The notes under the pieces were generated by a model. The model did not search any database and had not been told where the DNA came from. It saw only the letters and a program-made list of their open reading frames with translations. Position numbers and translations under genes: made by a program. From contig JBAXAI010000013.1 of assembly GCA_037142615.1 (NCBI GenBank), forward strand, positions 32,758 to 96,757: a DNA stretch of 64,000 nt. Reading direction: 5' to 3'. Numbering within the stretch: position 1 is the first letter of the stretch; every line of letters starts with the position of its first letter. Shown in pieces: positions 18,459 through 27,396 of this stretch. The DNA is from Spirochaetales bacterium. Its GTDB lineage: Bacteria; Spirochaetota; Spirochaetia; JABEVK01.

Positions 18459-19369
18459 CCGTTCGGGACGCCTGGAGGCAAGGGGTCGAGGCGCTCCGGA
18501 AGGCCGAAGTGCCCACCGAAAGCCCCGACCTCGACGCCCGTGTTCTGTTGAAACATCTGCTGGGGACCGACCTCACCGGCCTCTTGTCGCGTTACCCCGA
18601 GCCCTTTTCCGACGAACTCCAGGCGCCATGGCTCGCGCTGCTTGGGCGTCGCGCGGGCGGTGAACCTGTGGCCTGGCTGGTGGGCAAGCAAGAGTTCATG
18701 GGCCTCGATTTTGTTGTGGGGCCTGGAGTTCTCGTGCCCCGCGCCGATACCGAAACCCTGGTGGAGGCAGCGCTGGAGCTGCTGGGCCCCGTGGTGTCGG
18801 CGGCCGAACTGGCCCCGGTGCGAGTGGTGGATGTGTGCACCGGCAGCGGTTGCGTGGCGCTGAGCCTTGCGGCGCTCACCCCGTCGCGGCTGCGACTGCA
18901 GGTTACAGCTACCGATCTGTCGGGCCAGGCGCTCGGGTACGCCTTCCGAAACGCCCAGCGGCTGTTGCCCACCGGGCCCCACGTCGAGTTTGTGGCCACC
19001 GACCTGCTCGAAGGCCTGGCGGGGCCGTTCGACCTGATCGTGAGCAACCCCCCCTACCTGACCCCGGACGAAACCGGTGACCGGGTGGGGGCAGGCGGCT
19101 GGAAGGAGCCGGCGTTGGCACTTGACGGCGGGGGCAAGGACGGGCTGGCGCTTATTCGGCGCCTGACTCAGCAGGCTGCCGGGCTTCTCGGGCCAGGAGG
19201 CTGGCTGCTGGTCGAAGCCGCCGACGCCCAAATGGAGGCGATGGAGGGCATTTTCCGTGAAAACGGGCTTGGTCCCTTGCGCGAATGGAAGGACCTCGCC
19301 GGCCAGCGGCGGGTTCTCGGTGGACAGGCTACAGCTCGACGTGACCCTCTCGGATCGCCCACGCACTGA
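18455..19369 (+). CDS. prmC: Release factor glutamine methyltransferase
   Basis: Motifs VLVPRADTE, DVCTGSG, SNPPY and EPALALDGG. TTGA overlap with prfA. Confidence 0.95.
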   Translation: MTVRDAWRQGVEALRKAEVPTESPDLDARVLLKHLLGTDLTGLLSRYPEPFSDELQAPWLALLGRRAGGEPVAWLVGKQEFMGLDFVVGPGVLVPRADTETLVEAALELLGPVVSAAELAPVRVVDVCTGSGCVALSLAALTPSRLRLQVTATDLSGQALGYAFRNAQRLLPTGPHVEFVATDLLEGLAGPFDLIVSNPPYLTPDETGDRVGAGGWKEPALALDGGGKDGLALIRRLTQQAAGLLGPGGWLLVEAADAQMEAMEGIFRENGLGPLREWKDLAGQRRVLGGQATARRDPLGSPTH

Positions 19370-19871
19370 GCTCCGTGGCCGTACGGGTCCCTGACTTTTT
19401 CATCAGCGCGGACCGGCACTTCTCGACCACTTTGACGCTCAAGCCCAGTTCGAGCGCGATTTCCTTGTTGATACGCCCTCGGAACAGGCCGTCGAGAACA
19501 CGGCGTTCCCTCTCGGTGAACAGAAGGGTCTCCGATTGCCAGACCGTGACCAGCACGTGCGCCACCTCGGAACTGATATAGCGCTGTCCGGCAAGCAATT
19601 GCGTCACGGCTGCGACGAGCGAACCGGGAAACGTCGTCTTGAGCTGCCTCGCCAGCGTGACACCGTCGGACTCTTCGGAAGTGCTGATATCGACGAGGGC
19701 AAGGTCGAAGGCGCAGGCCCGAACCTGCGACAAGAAATCGGCCACGTTACCGCTCTCGGCGACCACCTGCACATCTTTGAGCCCCAGGAGGATGGACTTG
19801 ATTCCCTCACGAACGATGCCGTGATCATCAAACAGGGCGACGCGACGCACTCCGGTCGTTCCTTCGTTCAT
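19329..19871 (-). CDS. NarL/LuxR-family response regulator with internally deleted receiver domain
   Basis: DDH...LVDIS receiver start and an intact HTH (FTERERRVL...NKEIALELGLSVKVVE). The beta4-alpha4-beta5 segment is missing. Confidence 0.8.
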   Translation of the reverse strand: MNEGTTGVRRVALFDDHGIVREGIKSILLGLKDVQVVAESGNVADFLSQVRACAFDLALVDISTSEESDGVTLARQLKTTFPGSLVAAVTQLLAGQRYISSEVAHVLVTVWQSETLLFTERERRVLDGLFRGRINKEIALELGLSVKVVEKCRSALMKKSGTRTATELSAWAIREGHVEL

Positions 19872-19952
19872 GGTCCCACTCTAGTTCAACCCAGCCCCGG
19901 CCGCACGCCAAACCGACTGGAATCGCACTCTCCTTGCCCCCATAATCAGGGC

Positions 19953-21635
19953 ATGGATATCGGAACTCTCAGCCTGGTCGCCGTTCTGCTGCTTGCGGTT
20001 CAAGTGTTGGCGCTAGCGGCCCTTTGGGACCGCCAGAAAGCCTATCCGGGCCACGGCTGGTGCATACTCGGGCGGGCCGCCAACCTGTTGGCGTTTCTGT
20101 TCGCGTACTTGCGCGTCGTTCCGGAATGGACCTCGTGGGCTTCGTTGTTCGGCATGTTGCTCTTCTTGCTGGGCGATGCCGGAGTTTGGATAGGCACTGC
20201 CCGTTTTTTCGGCCGAAAAGTACCTTGGCTGCCGACCATAGCCCTGATTGCTGCCTCGGCGGTCGCCTTTTTGTACTGGACTTTCGCCGACGATGGGGTT
20301 GCCCAGCGCCGAGTCGTACTCTACGTGGTGGCCGCTTCGTTCAGTGGCGCTGTCGTCTGGACCACCTTGAGGTGGTCAGCCGCTGCCGAGCGGCGGCCCG
20401 CACTGCTCCTGGCCTGGGTCGAGGGGGTGCAGGCGACGGCACTTCTGGCAGCCTCGCTGCTGGTGTTCGGCACGGCCCAGAATAGTTTGGAGCTGGCGCC
20501 CTCGTTGTCGTCGGTGCTGGCCCAGTTAACGACCTTGGTCCTGTCCACTTTGGCCAGCTTCGCCCTCGTCTTGTTGATCAACCGCCGGCTGATCGGCGAG
20601 GCAAGCGCCGCGAGCAGATCCTTGGCTGTCACCACGGCGCGCTTTGAGCGGGCCATCCGGGGTACCTCTGACGGGATCTGGGACTGGAACGTCGTCACCG
20701 GCAGCGACTACCACTCCCCTCGCTATCACCAGCTTTTGGGGTTTGAGGAAGGCGAAGTTCCGCCGACGTCCGACGGCTTCGAAGCGTTGGTACACCCCGA
20801 CGACCTCCCGAGGGTCAACGCGGCCCAAAGGGACCATCTGGTCGACCACCAACCCTACGCCATCGAGTTCCGCATGCGCCACCGTTCGGGCGACTGGCGA
20901 TGGTTCCTGTCCCGGGGGCAGGCGGAGTGGTCTCCTGACGGCGAGCCGTTACGGATGTCTGGCTCGCTCACCGACGTCACCGAGCGGCGAAGGCTCGACA
21001 GCGAGATCGACAAGCTTCTGGCCGAAAAAGAGCTCCTGCTGCAGGAAGTCCACCACCGCATCAAGAACAACATGTTGACCATGAGCTCTCTGCTGACTCT
21101 ACAGAGCCAGGCGGCGTCCGAGCCGGCTACGTCGCACGCGCTGGGCGAGGCGGCCCAACGCCTGCGCAGCATGCTGATCCTTTACGAGAAACTGTTCTTC
21201 GCGCACGACTATGAGTCGGTGTCTATGGCCGAATACCTGCACGATCTGGTAGAGCAAAGTCGCCGAGTCAGCGGGCGCGGCGCCGAGTTCGACGTTGACT
21301 ACCAGTTGGGCGACCTGGTTCTCGACGCGTCGCGGGCCCTGAGTGTCGGCATCCTCGTGAACGAACTGGTCGACAACGCCTTCAAGTACGCCCGGACGGC
21401 CGCTGGACGGCCCCGGCTCACCCTGGAAATCCACTCCCTTGCCGACCGGGCTTTCGTGGTCGTCGCCGACAACGGCGCAGGCTTTTCGGAAGCCAACCCC
21501 TCTTCCACCGGCTTCGGCCTGACCTTGACCCGGCAAATCGCCGACAACCTCGGTGGCGAGCTCAGGCTCGACGCCTCCGGTGGTGTCCGGTGGACTCTCG
21601 AGTTCGGGGCGTCCCCTATTGTTGTGCCTACTTGA
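19953..21635 (+). CDS. Membrane sensor histidine kinase (multi-TM, PAS, HisKA_2, HATPase)
   Basis: About 7 TM segments, GIWDWN PAS, EVHHRIKNN H-box, NELVDNAFKY, DNGAG and GFGL. Confidence 0.92.
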   Translation: MDIGTLSLVAVLLLAVQVLALAALWDRQKAYPGHGWCILGRAANLLAFLFAYLRVVPEWTSWASLFGMLLFLLGDAGVWIGTARFFGRKVPWLPTIALIAASAVAFLYWTFADDGVAQRRVVLYVVAASFSGAVVWTTLRWSAAAERRPALLLAWVEGVQATALLAASLLVFGTAQNSLELAPSLSSVLAQLTTLVLSTLASFALVLLINRRLIGEASAASRSLAVTTARFERAIRGTSDGIWDWNVVTGSDYHSPRYHQLLGFEEGEVPPTSDGFEALVHPDDLPRVNAAQRDHLVDHQPYAIEFRMRHRSGDWRWFLSRGQAEWSPDGEPLRMSGSLTDVTERRRLDSEIDKLLAEKELLLQEVHHRIKNNMLTMSSLLTLQSQAASEPATSHALGEAAQRLRSMLILYEKLFFAHDYESVSMAEYLHDLVEQSRRVSGRGAEFDVDYQLGDLVLDASRALSVGILVNELVDNAFKYARTAAGRPRLTLEIHSLADRAFVVVADNGAGFSEANPSSTGFGLTLTRQIADNLGGELRLDASGGVRWTLEFGASPIVVPT

Positions 21636-22824
21636 TCCGGTAGAGTTCCAGGTTGTTGTCGAGCAGGTCGGTAAACGCCAGAAACTGGCTGTCGGCCGAA
21701 AAGGCCAAGCCGGTGGGCTGGTTGCGTCCCCACACCGTGGCTACCACGTTCCCCGTGGCATCGAGCAGCGAGACCTGCCCAAAGTCGGGCCCGGGCAGCT
21801 GGTAGTCCACCGCGTTGTTCTTGCCCCGGGTGGCAAGGGCAGCCCACTTGCCATCCGCCGAGACGGTCATGGCGTGCGGGTTGGAACCAACTGAGAGTGT
21901 CGCTTTCAACTTTTTGCTGGACAACGAATAAACCAGCAACTGAGCCGAGCCCATGTCACCCACATACAGGGTGTCGCCCAAAGCTGCGACGGGCCGTGGT
22001 GCGGATCCTGCTGCCCAAGTTTCCTTAACCTTCCACGTAGCGGTGTCGACGAGCGCCAGGCGGCCCGAATCGAAAAGGGCTACGTACAGGGTCTTGTCGT
22101 CGCCCGAGACACCCCGGGGAGCGTTGCCCAGGCTCGTCGAAACCAACACCTTATGGGTTGATGGGTCGATCGAAACCAGCGCTCCGCTATCGGCGTTGTA
22201 GAACCCGGCTCGGCCGGTGCTAGGCGGCACGAAGTAGGCATTGCCACCCCCCGTAAGGGGGATATTCCCTTTCCAAGACAGGGCTTTCGCGTCGAAGATC
22301 TGAAGGTTGCCATCGGTTTCGAGGGCCCAGATTTCGCCCTGGGCGTTGCGCCACTGCACATCGGTGAACCCACCGGTCCCCGAACTGGGAACTAGCTTGC
22401 CGGCGAGCTTGAGGCTGGGCACGTCGTAGATTTCGATCGTAGCCTCGGCGGCCAGCGCGACCAGAAGTTTTTTGCCGTCGGGCGAAAAGGCCAGGCTCCG
22501 GGGGGAACGCCCTGTGGCACCTTCGCCGACAAGGCTGAGCAACGAAGTCCGAGGCTCGAGCTTCGCCTGGACCTGCGGCATTCCATCCTTGACGTCGAGC
22601 TGCAGTCCAAGCGGTTGACGATCAGGAGCCGAGAGGTTGATTCGGACCTTTCCGGGGGCAAACTGGTACAAGCGGTTGCCGTCGGCGCGGCTGGCGTAGG
22701 TCAGCCGTTCGCCCTGGCGGAAAACTTCGTAGTCGCGGGGGAAGACCTTGAAGACCACGCCCACCTGAGCCGAAGCCCCCCACGTGGTACCCGCCACCAG
22801 CAGAAGAAGAAGCCACTTTTTCAT
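21628..22824 (-). CDS. Exported YncE/YVTN-like beta-propeller protein
   Basis: Signal peptide and repeated blades (TGRSPRSLAFSPDG, VGSNPHAMTVSADG, NQPTGLAFSAD). Confidence 0.82.
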   Translation of the reverse strand: MKKWLLLLLVAGTTWGASAQVGVVFKVFPRDYEVFRQGERLTYASRADGNRLYQFAPGKVRINLSAPDRQPLGLQLDVKDGMPQVQAKLEPRTSLLSLVGEGATGRSPRSLAFSPDGKKLLVALAAEATIEIYDVPSLKLAGKLVPSSGTGGFTDVQWRNAQGEIWALETDGNLQIFDAKALSWKGNIPLTGGGNAYFVPPSTGRAGFYNADSGALVSIDPSTHKVLVSTSLGNAPRGVSGDDKTLYVALFDSGRLALVDTATWKVKETWAAGSAPRPVAALGDTLYVGDMGSAQLLVYSLSSKKLKATLSVGSNPHAMTVSADGKWAALATRGKNNAVDYQLPGPDFGQVSLLDATGNVVATVWGRNQPTGLAFSADSQFLAFTDLLDNNLELYRIK

Positions 22825-22837
22825 GGCGAACACCTTA

Positions 22838-24031
22838 TCACCTGCGGGGTTTCTTTTCCACTGTCAACCGATGGAGCAGTGCCTGCGCCTGCTCGTTGTC
22901 AGGACCGAGTTCGAGGGCTGCTGCGCAATCCGCCAACGCATCGTCCAGCCTGCCTGACTCCGCATAACTTTCGGCGCGCAGTAGCAGAACCTCCTGCTGG
23001 TACGGCTGGAGTTCCAGACTGCGGGTAAAGTCGGCGGCAGCAGGCCCAAACTCATCGAGCGAGTGCCTCACGGTGCCGCGGTAGAAGAACGCCTTGGAGT
23101 TTTGGGGGTCGGCCGTGATAGCCCGGTCGAAGTCTTCGAGCGCGTTTTCGTAGAGCGACTCCGAGAAATAGGCCATGCCCCGGTGCACCAGCACCAGCGA
23201 CTGCACAAACGGTTGCGGCGCGAGCTTCAGGATGGCCGAGTAGAGGTTGATGGCCTTCTTGTACTTGTTGCGGTTGTGAGCGGTCAGCGCGTCGAGCAGC
23301 GCCTGGTCGAGGTTGTCGATGGTGGGGTGGTGCTCTTCCGCCTCCGGCTCGCGGGGCTGCTCACCACCATCCTGGAGGGTGGCCAGATAATGGTGACGCC
23401 GTTTGTCGAGCTCATGGTTGAGCTGCCGCTGGTACTCGCGGATCTCCTGGAAGATGATGTCCGACAGCGTGAGGTTGGCGTTCAGCGCCGCCATCTTGCG
23501 TTTGAGAGGTTGGTCGAAGGGCAGGAACTTCGACTTGTAAATCAGCTCGTGCTCCACCTCGGCCCACGCGTCCTGCAAAATGGTGCGCACCTGGATTTCG
23601 CAGGGCAGGGGCGGGCTCAGGGCCAGCTTGTCGATCAGGTCGGACGGTAGCGCGACCAGAAAGTGCGTCGAATCGTAACCGAACTCCTTGAAGCTCTGCA
23701 CGGCGCCTTTTTTTTCTTCTTCGAGCACTTCGAAGTTCCGTCGGATCAGCTCTTCGATGCGCTTGAGGTCTTCCAAAAACGGGCAGACCAGCCGGATGCC
23801 GAGCACATCGTGCACCTGCACCCTCTCGGGCGAAACGCCGTGGCGGATCTTTTTGAGCACTTTGTCGAACCAGCTTGGGAAGCTCTTGACGCGTACCTTG
23901 ATGCCGGCGTGCAGGCCCTCAGCCTCGAGCCAGGTTCGAAAACGAAGCTCCAAGTCCTGCAGGATGAGCTCGTAGAGGCGTCGGTCGGCCTCGTACTGCC
24001 GCTCCAACACCTTGCGGTTGGGGAGGCTCAC
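22838..24031 (-). CDS. Small alarmone (p)ppGpp synthetase with C-terminal TPRs
   Basis: Motifs RVKS, HDVLGIR, GYDSTH and EIQVRTILQDAWAEVEHELIYK, followed by TPR helices. GTG start overlaps the upstream TGA. Confidence 0.92.
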   Translation of the reverse strand: MSLPNRKVLERQYEADRRLYELILQDLELRFRTWLEAEGLHAGIKVRVKSFPSWFDKVLKKIRHGVSPERVQVHDVLGIRLVCPFLEDLKRIEELIRRNFEVLEEEKKGAVQSFKEFGYDSTHFLVALPSDLIDKLALSPPLPCEIQVRTILQDAWAEVEHELIYKSKFLPFDQPLKRKMAALNANLTLSDIIFQEIREYQRQLNHELDKRRHHYLATLQDGGEQPREPEAEEHHPTIDNLDQALLDALTAHNRNKYKKAINLYSAILKLAPQPFVQSLVLVHRGMAYFSESLYENALEDFDRAITADPQNSKAFFYRGTVRHSLDEFGPAAADFTRSLELQPYQQEVLLLRAESYAESGRLDDALADCAAALELGPDNEQAQALLHRLTVEKKPRR

Positions 24032-24513
24032 GCGAACCCCAGCTCTTGGAGGGCCTGGATGCTTTGGGCCGACGAAGTGTGCAGCACGAACACCCCACCG
24101 GCGTCTTCCCAGGGGGCCTGAAGCTTCAAACGGTCGTCGACGAGCACCATGGTCTGGCCGAGTTCGAGCGTCGCATCGGCCACCAGCGCTTTTTCGCGCG
24201 ACAGACAGCAGACCACCTCGACTTCCGCGCCGAGCTCGCGCGCGCACCAGGCCCGCTTCTGCGGTTCGGCCCAGTTGCCCCTCGGCAGTCCGGTGAGTAT
24301 CGTCGGTGCGAACCTCCGGCTGAACTCCCACAGGTCGCGGCCGTCGGCCATCCAGGGCAGGGTGTCGTAGAAGCCGGCAGCGCGGGCCAGCGCGGGCCAC
24401 ATCGCCTTGTCGCCCAGTTGTTCCGGAGTCTTTCCGGTCACCCGGACGACCCCCGCGTCGAAATCGGCCAGGACCCCGTCGAGGTCCAAGAACAACCGGT
24501 AACTTGTCTTCAT
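24028..24513 (-). CDS. HAD-superfamily 5'(3')-nucleotidase-like protein
   Basis: LFLDLDGVLADF (DxD), ILTG, a conserved Lys in QKRAW, and LVDD. Confidence 0.82.
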   Translation of the reverse strand: MKTSYRLFLDLDGVLADFDAGVVRVTGKTPEQLGDKAMWPALARAAGFYDTLPWMADGRDLWEFSRRFAPTILTGLPRGNWAEPQKRAWCARELGAEVEVVCCLSREKALVADATLELGQTMVLVDDRLKLQAPWEDAGGVFVLHTSSAQSIQALQELGFA

Positions 24514-25589
24514 GACAACATTGTAACCCGGAAACTCGGGCTGGAAAGGTAAAAGTACGCCACGCTGCTCCAGTCGTCGTCGAAGCGCTCAAAAATCGCC
24601 CCGGGCATGGTCCGGTCGAGGCGCACGCCCAGGCCGTTTTGCCACACGTCGAGGCCTTGGTCGAGCATCGAGGCGATACCTGCCGGGGGCGCGTTGCCGA
24701 TCTGCTGGATGCAGACCCGGATATCGGTGTCGAACCACACCGGGTCGGGGCCGTGGAACCGGTAGAACGCGTAGCGGCCTGCTTCTTCGTCGGCCTCGAG
24801 GCAACCCTGCCATTGGTGGGCAAACACCCCCTGGCCCCAGCCGGTGCCGATGTAGTCTTCGACGCCGGTGCCTGCGAGTGTGGGGTAGGTGCCATCGCCG
24901 TCGATCCAGCACTTGAGCTCGCCTTCGCCCCACCAGGTGCCTTTCATCCTGGGGTTGACGGTGACGCCGAAGCTGGCCCCCAGGTAGCGGCCTTGGCCTT
25001 GGATCAGCGGCAGAATCGTGTAGTCGACCATCGGCGTGGTGGCCCTCTCGCGGCGGTACAGCGCGTGAAAGTACAGCGCTTCGGGGCCCAGTTGGTCGCC
25101 CTGTGTAAAGTCAACCTGGTAAAACAGTTGCCCCTCGGTGACCGTGGCGCTTTCGTTGGTGACGGTGATCTTCATGCCGGTGCGGAACGGCATCGGAAGC
25201 ACGCAGTTGAAGCTGCGGCCCTCGGGGTTCGAAAAGAATGCGTTCTCCATGGGCACCAGCTTGCCGGTGTTGCAGCAGAAAAAGTCGCCCAGAGGAACCG
25301 AAACGGCCGGGGTGGCCTCGCCGTCCCAGAAGCATTCCAGGCGCAGCGCGCGCAGCATCTCGGGGTTGTCACGCGTTTCGAAGGTGATCCACAGCCGTCG
25401 CACGACTCCGCTGCCTTGCGCCTCGGCCAGCACGTGGCTTTCGCCAGGGCCCAGGTTGGGGCGGCAGGGTGCTCCCTTGCGGCCTTTCCAGGCCTGCGCC
25501 GCCGCGCCTTTTTCGGCACGCGGGTTCTCGGCGTTGGCCCAGCGGGTGAACACCCCGGCCGGTTTGTGGAACAACTCGTGGCCTGACAT
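24510..25589 (-). CDS. GH172 (DUF2961) glycoside hydrolase, cytoplasmic
   Basis: Motifs ENPRAEKG, WDGE..P.VSVPLGDFF, PMPF, WWGEGE and GTGVEDY. Confidence 0.9.
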   Translation of the reverse strand: MSGHELFHKPAGVFTRWANAENPRAEKGAAAQAWKGRKGAPCRPNLGPGESHVLAEAQGSGVVRRLWITFETRDNPEMLRALRLECFWDGEATPAVSVPLGDFFCCNTGKLVPMENAFFSNPEGRSFNCVLPMPFRTGMKITVTNESATVTEGQLFYQVDFTQGDQLGPEALYFHALYRRERATTPMVDYTILPLIQGQGRYLGASFGVTVNPRMKGTWWGEGELKCWIDGDGTYPTLAGTGVEDYIGTGWGQGVFAHQWQGCLEADEEAGRYAFYRFHGPDPVWFDTDIRVCIQQIGNAPPAGIASMLDQGLDVWQNGLGVRLDRTMPGAIFERFDDDWSSVAYFYLSSPSFRVTMLS

Positions 25590-25659
25590 GGTGGCCTCCC
25601 GTCAGACTCTCGGGTCGAACCCCTTGGCCTGTCAAGAAGTCCCGGGCTATTCTCGCCGC

Positions 25660-26673
25660 ATGAGTCCACCAAGGGTCACGATGAAAAGTCTGGCGGCAGA
25701 ACTGGGGGTTTCGCGCTCCACCGTGTCGTTTGTGCTGGGCGGCGAGGCCGACAAACGGCGCATTCACCCCGATACGGCCCAAAGGATCTTGCTCCGTGCC
25801 ACCGAGCTCGGCTTCCGTCCCGACTACTTTGCGCAGGCCTTGAACACGCGCCGCACCGGGTCGATCGGCTTGGTGTTTCCCGACGTGCACGAGGCCTACA
25901 TGTCGCAAATGGTGCGAGGCATCGACGAGGTTCTGGGGCAGCACAGCGCTCTGATGGTGCTCACCTCGAGCCGGCTGGACCGGGTTGTGGAGCGGCGCAA
26001 CGTCGAGTCGCTCTTGCACCGGGGCATCGACGGCCTGCTCGTGGTGCCCTGCGCCGACTTCCGGGGCACGGTCAGCTCGGTTTCTCCGCTTTCGGACGTG
26101 TTGAGGCAAGCGGGCGTACCCGTGGTGGCGATCGACCGGGTTCCCGCTGGTTGGGTGGGCGATTGCGTGGTTCAGGACGACCAGGCGGCAGCGCGGCGCA
26201 TCGTGGAGCGCCTCTTGAACGGTGGCGCGCGGCGGGTGGCCCTCGTGTCGTTTGACCTGGAGGCCTCGAGCTTGGACCATCGCCGCCAGGGCTATCTCGA
26301 GGCCCTGGCGGGCGCTGGGTTGGAGCCGGATCCGAGGCTCAGTGTGCTTCTGACCGAGGTTAACCCTGCGTCGACCGATCTTTCGCGCTCAGTTTCCCGC
26401 TTGCTCGCGTTGCCACCCGACGAGCGGCCCGACGCCTGGTTTGTCACCACCGCCGGGTTGGCCTACCGCACGCGCGAAGTGGTGGCCCAGCAGCAAGGCT
26501 TTCCCCCGCCAGGGATGGCCCGCTTTGGAGCCGACCCGGCGTATCACCCCAGCGGAATGTATTCGGTGGTTCAGCCGCACCAGGCTTTGGGTCGCCGGGC
26601 CGCGGAATTGCTGTTCCAGCGTTTGCGTGACCCTTCGGGACCGCCGGTGCAGGACCTCGTTGCAACCAGTTGA
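25660..26673 (+). CDS. LacI-family transcriptional regulator
   Basis: TMKSLAAELGVSRSTVS HTH, hinge AQAL and a sugar-binding-fold C-terminus. Confidence 0.93.
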   Translation: MSPPRVTMKSLAAELGVSRSTVSFVLGGEADKRRIHPDTAQRILLRATELGFRPDYFAQALNTRRTGSIGLVFPDVHEAYMSQMVRGIDEVLGQHSALMVLTSSRLDRVVERRNVESLLHRGIDGLLVVPCADFRGTVSSVSPLSDVLRQAGVPVVAIDRVPAGWVGDCVVQDDQAAARRIVERLLNGGARRVALVSFDLEASSLDHRRQGYLEALAGAGLEPDPRLSVLLTEVNPASTDLSRSVSRLLALPPDERPDAWFVTTAGLAYRTREVVAQQQGFPPPGMARFGADPAYHPSGMYSVVQPHQALGRRAAELLFQRLRDPSGPPVQDLVATS

Positions 26674-26681
26674 AGTTTGAG

Positions 26682-26710
26682 TTGACGGGTCAGCTAACCT
26701 AGGTTAGCAT
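26682..26710 (+). promoter_or_regulatory. sigma70 promoter with perfect 16-bp palindromic operator
   Basis: TTGACG (26682-87), 17 nt spacer, TAGCAT (26705-10). GCTAACCTAGGTTAGC spans 26693-26708. Confidence 0.75.
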
Positions 26711-26730
26711 GAACCGAGGATGAACAGAAA

Positions 26731-27396
26731 ATGAAACGCAGCGAACTCAACACCCTTCTCAGGAAGGGGCAAGCCTTTTTCGACCAGCATCAGTTCCGGC
26801 TTCCCGTGTGGGCCGCCTGGAGCCCCACCGACTGGAAGAAGCTCGGGGCACCCGGACAGGAGATCCGCAGCTGCCAGTTGGGGTGGGACCTCACCGACTT
26901 TGGTTCGGGCAACTTCGCCGAGCGGGGGCTGTTCCTGTTCACCGTGCGCAACGGCGGACCCGGAAGCGACAAAACCTACGCCGAAAAAATCATGATCGTC
27001 GGCGAGGGCCAAGAAACCCCTTGCCACTTCCACTTTCAAAAGACCGAAGACATCATCAACCGCGGTGGCGGCGTGCTGGTGCTGCAACTCTGGAACTCGA
27101 CTCCGCAAGGCGAGCTCGCAACTACCGAGGTTCAGGTAAGCGTCGATGGAATCCGGCGCACGCTTCCGGCCGGTGCCTTTGTGCGCCTGACGCCGGGCGA
27201 AAGCATCTGCCTCGAAACCGGCCTGTACCACCGGTTTTTCGGCGAAGGCGGCACCGTGCTCGTCGGCGAGGTCAGCCAGGTCAACGACGACCACACCGAC
27301 AACCGTTTTCTCGAGCCCGTCGGCCGGTTCCCGCAGATCGAAGAAGACGAAGCCCCGTGGCGCCTGTTGGTGTCGGACTATCCCCAATGGGCGTGA
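26731..27396 (+). CDS. D-lyxose/D-mannose isomerase family (cupin)
   Basis: Motifs MKRSE, LGWDLTDFG, FTVRNG, YAEK, HFHxxKTEDIINRGGG and GEVSQVNDDHTDN. Confidence 0.92.
   Translation: MKRSELNTLLRKGQAFFDQHQFRLPVWAAWSPTDWKKLGAPGQEIRSCQLGWDLTDFGSGNFAERGLFLFTVRNGGPGSDKTYAEKIMIVGEGQETPCHFHFQKTEDIINRGGGVLVLQLWNSTPQGELATTEVQVSVDGIRRTLPAGAFVRLTPGESICLETGLYHRFFGEGGTVLVGEVSQVNDDHTDNRFLEPVGRFPQIEEDEAPWRLLVSDYPQWA

Noticed and set aside
24032-24895. N-terminal extensions in the ORF track (also 25138, 26808, 45558, 49088, 51784, 19536, 39445)
   Set aside because: They overlap other real genes and are low-complexity Arg/Pro/Gly-rich. Downstream starts have SD, -10 or stop/start-overlap support.
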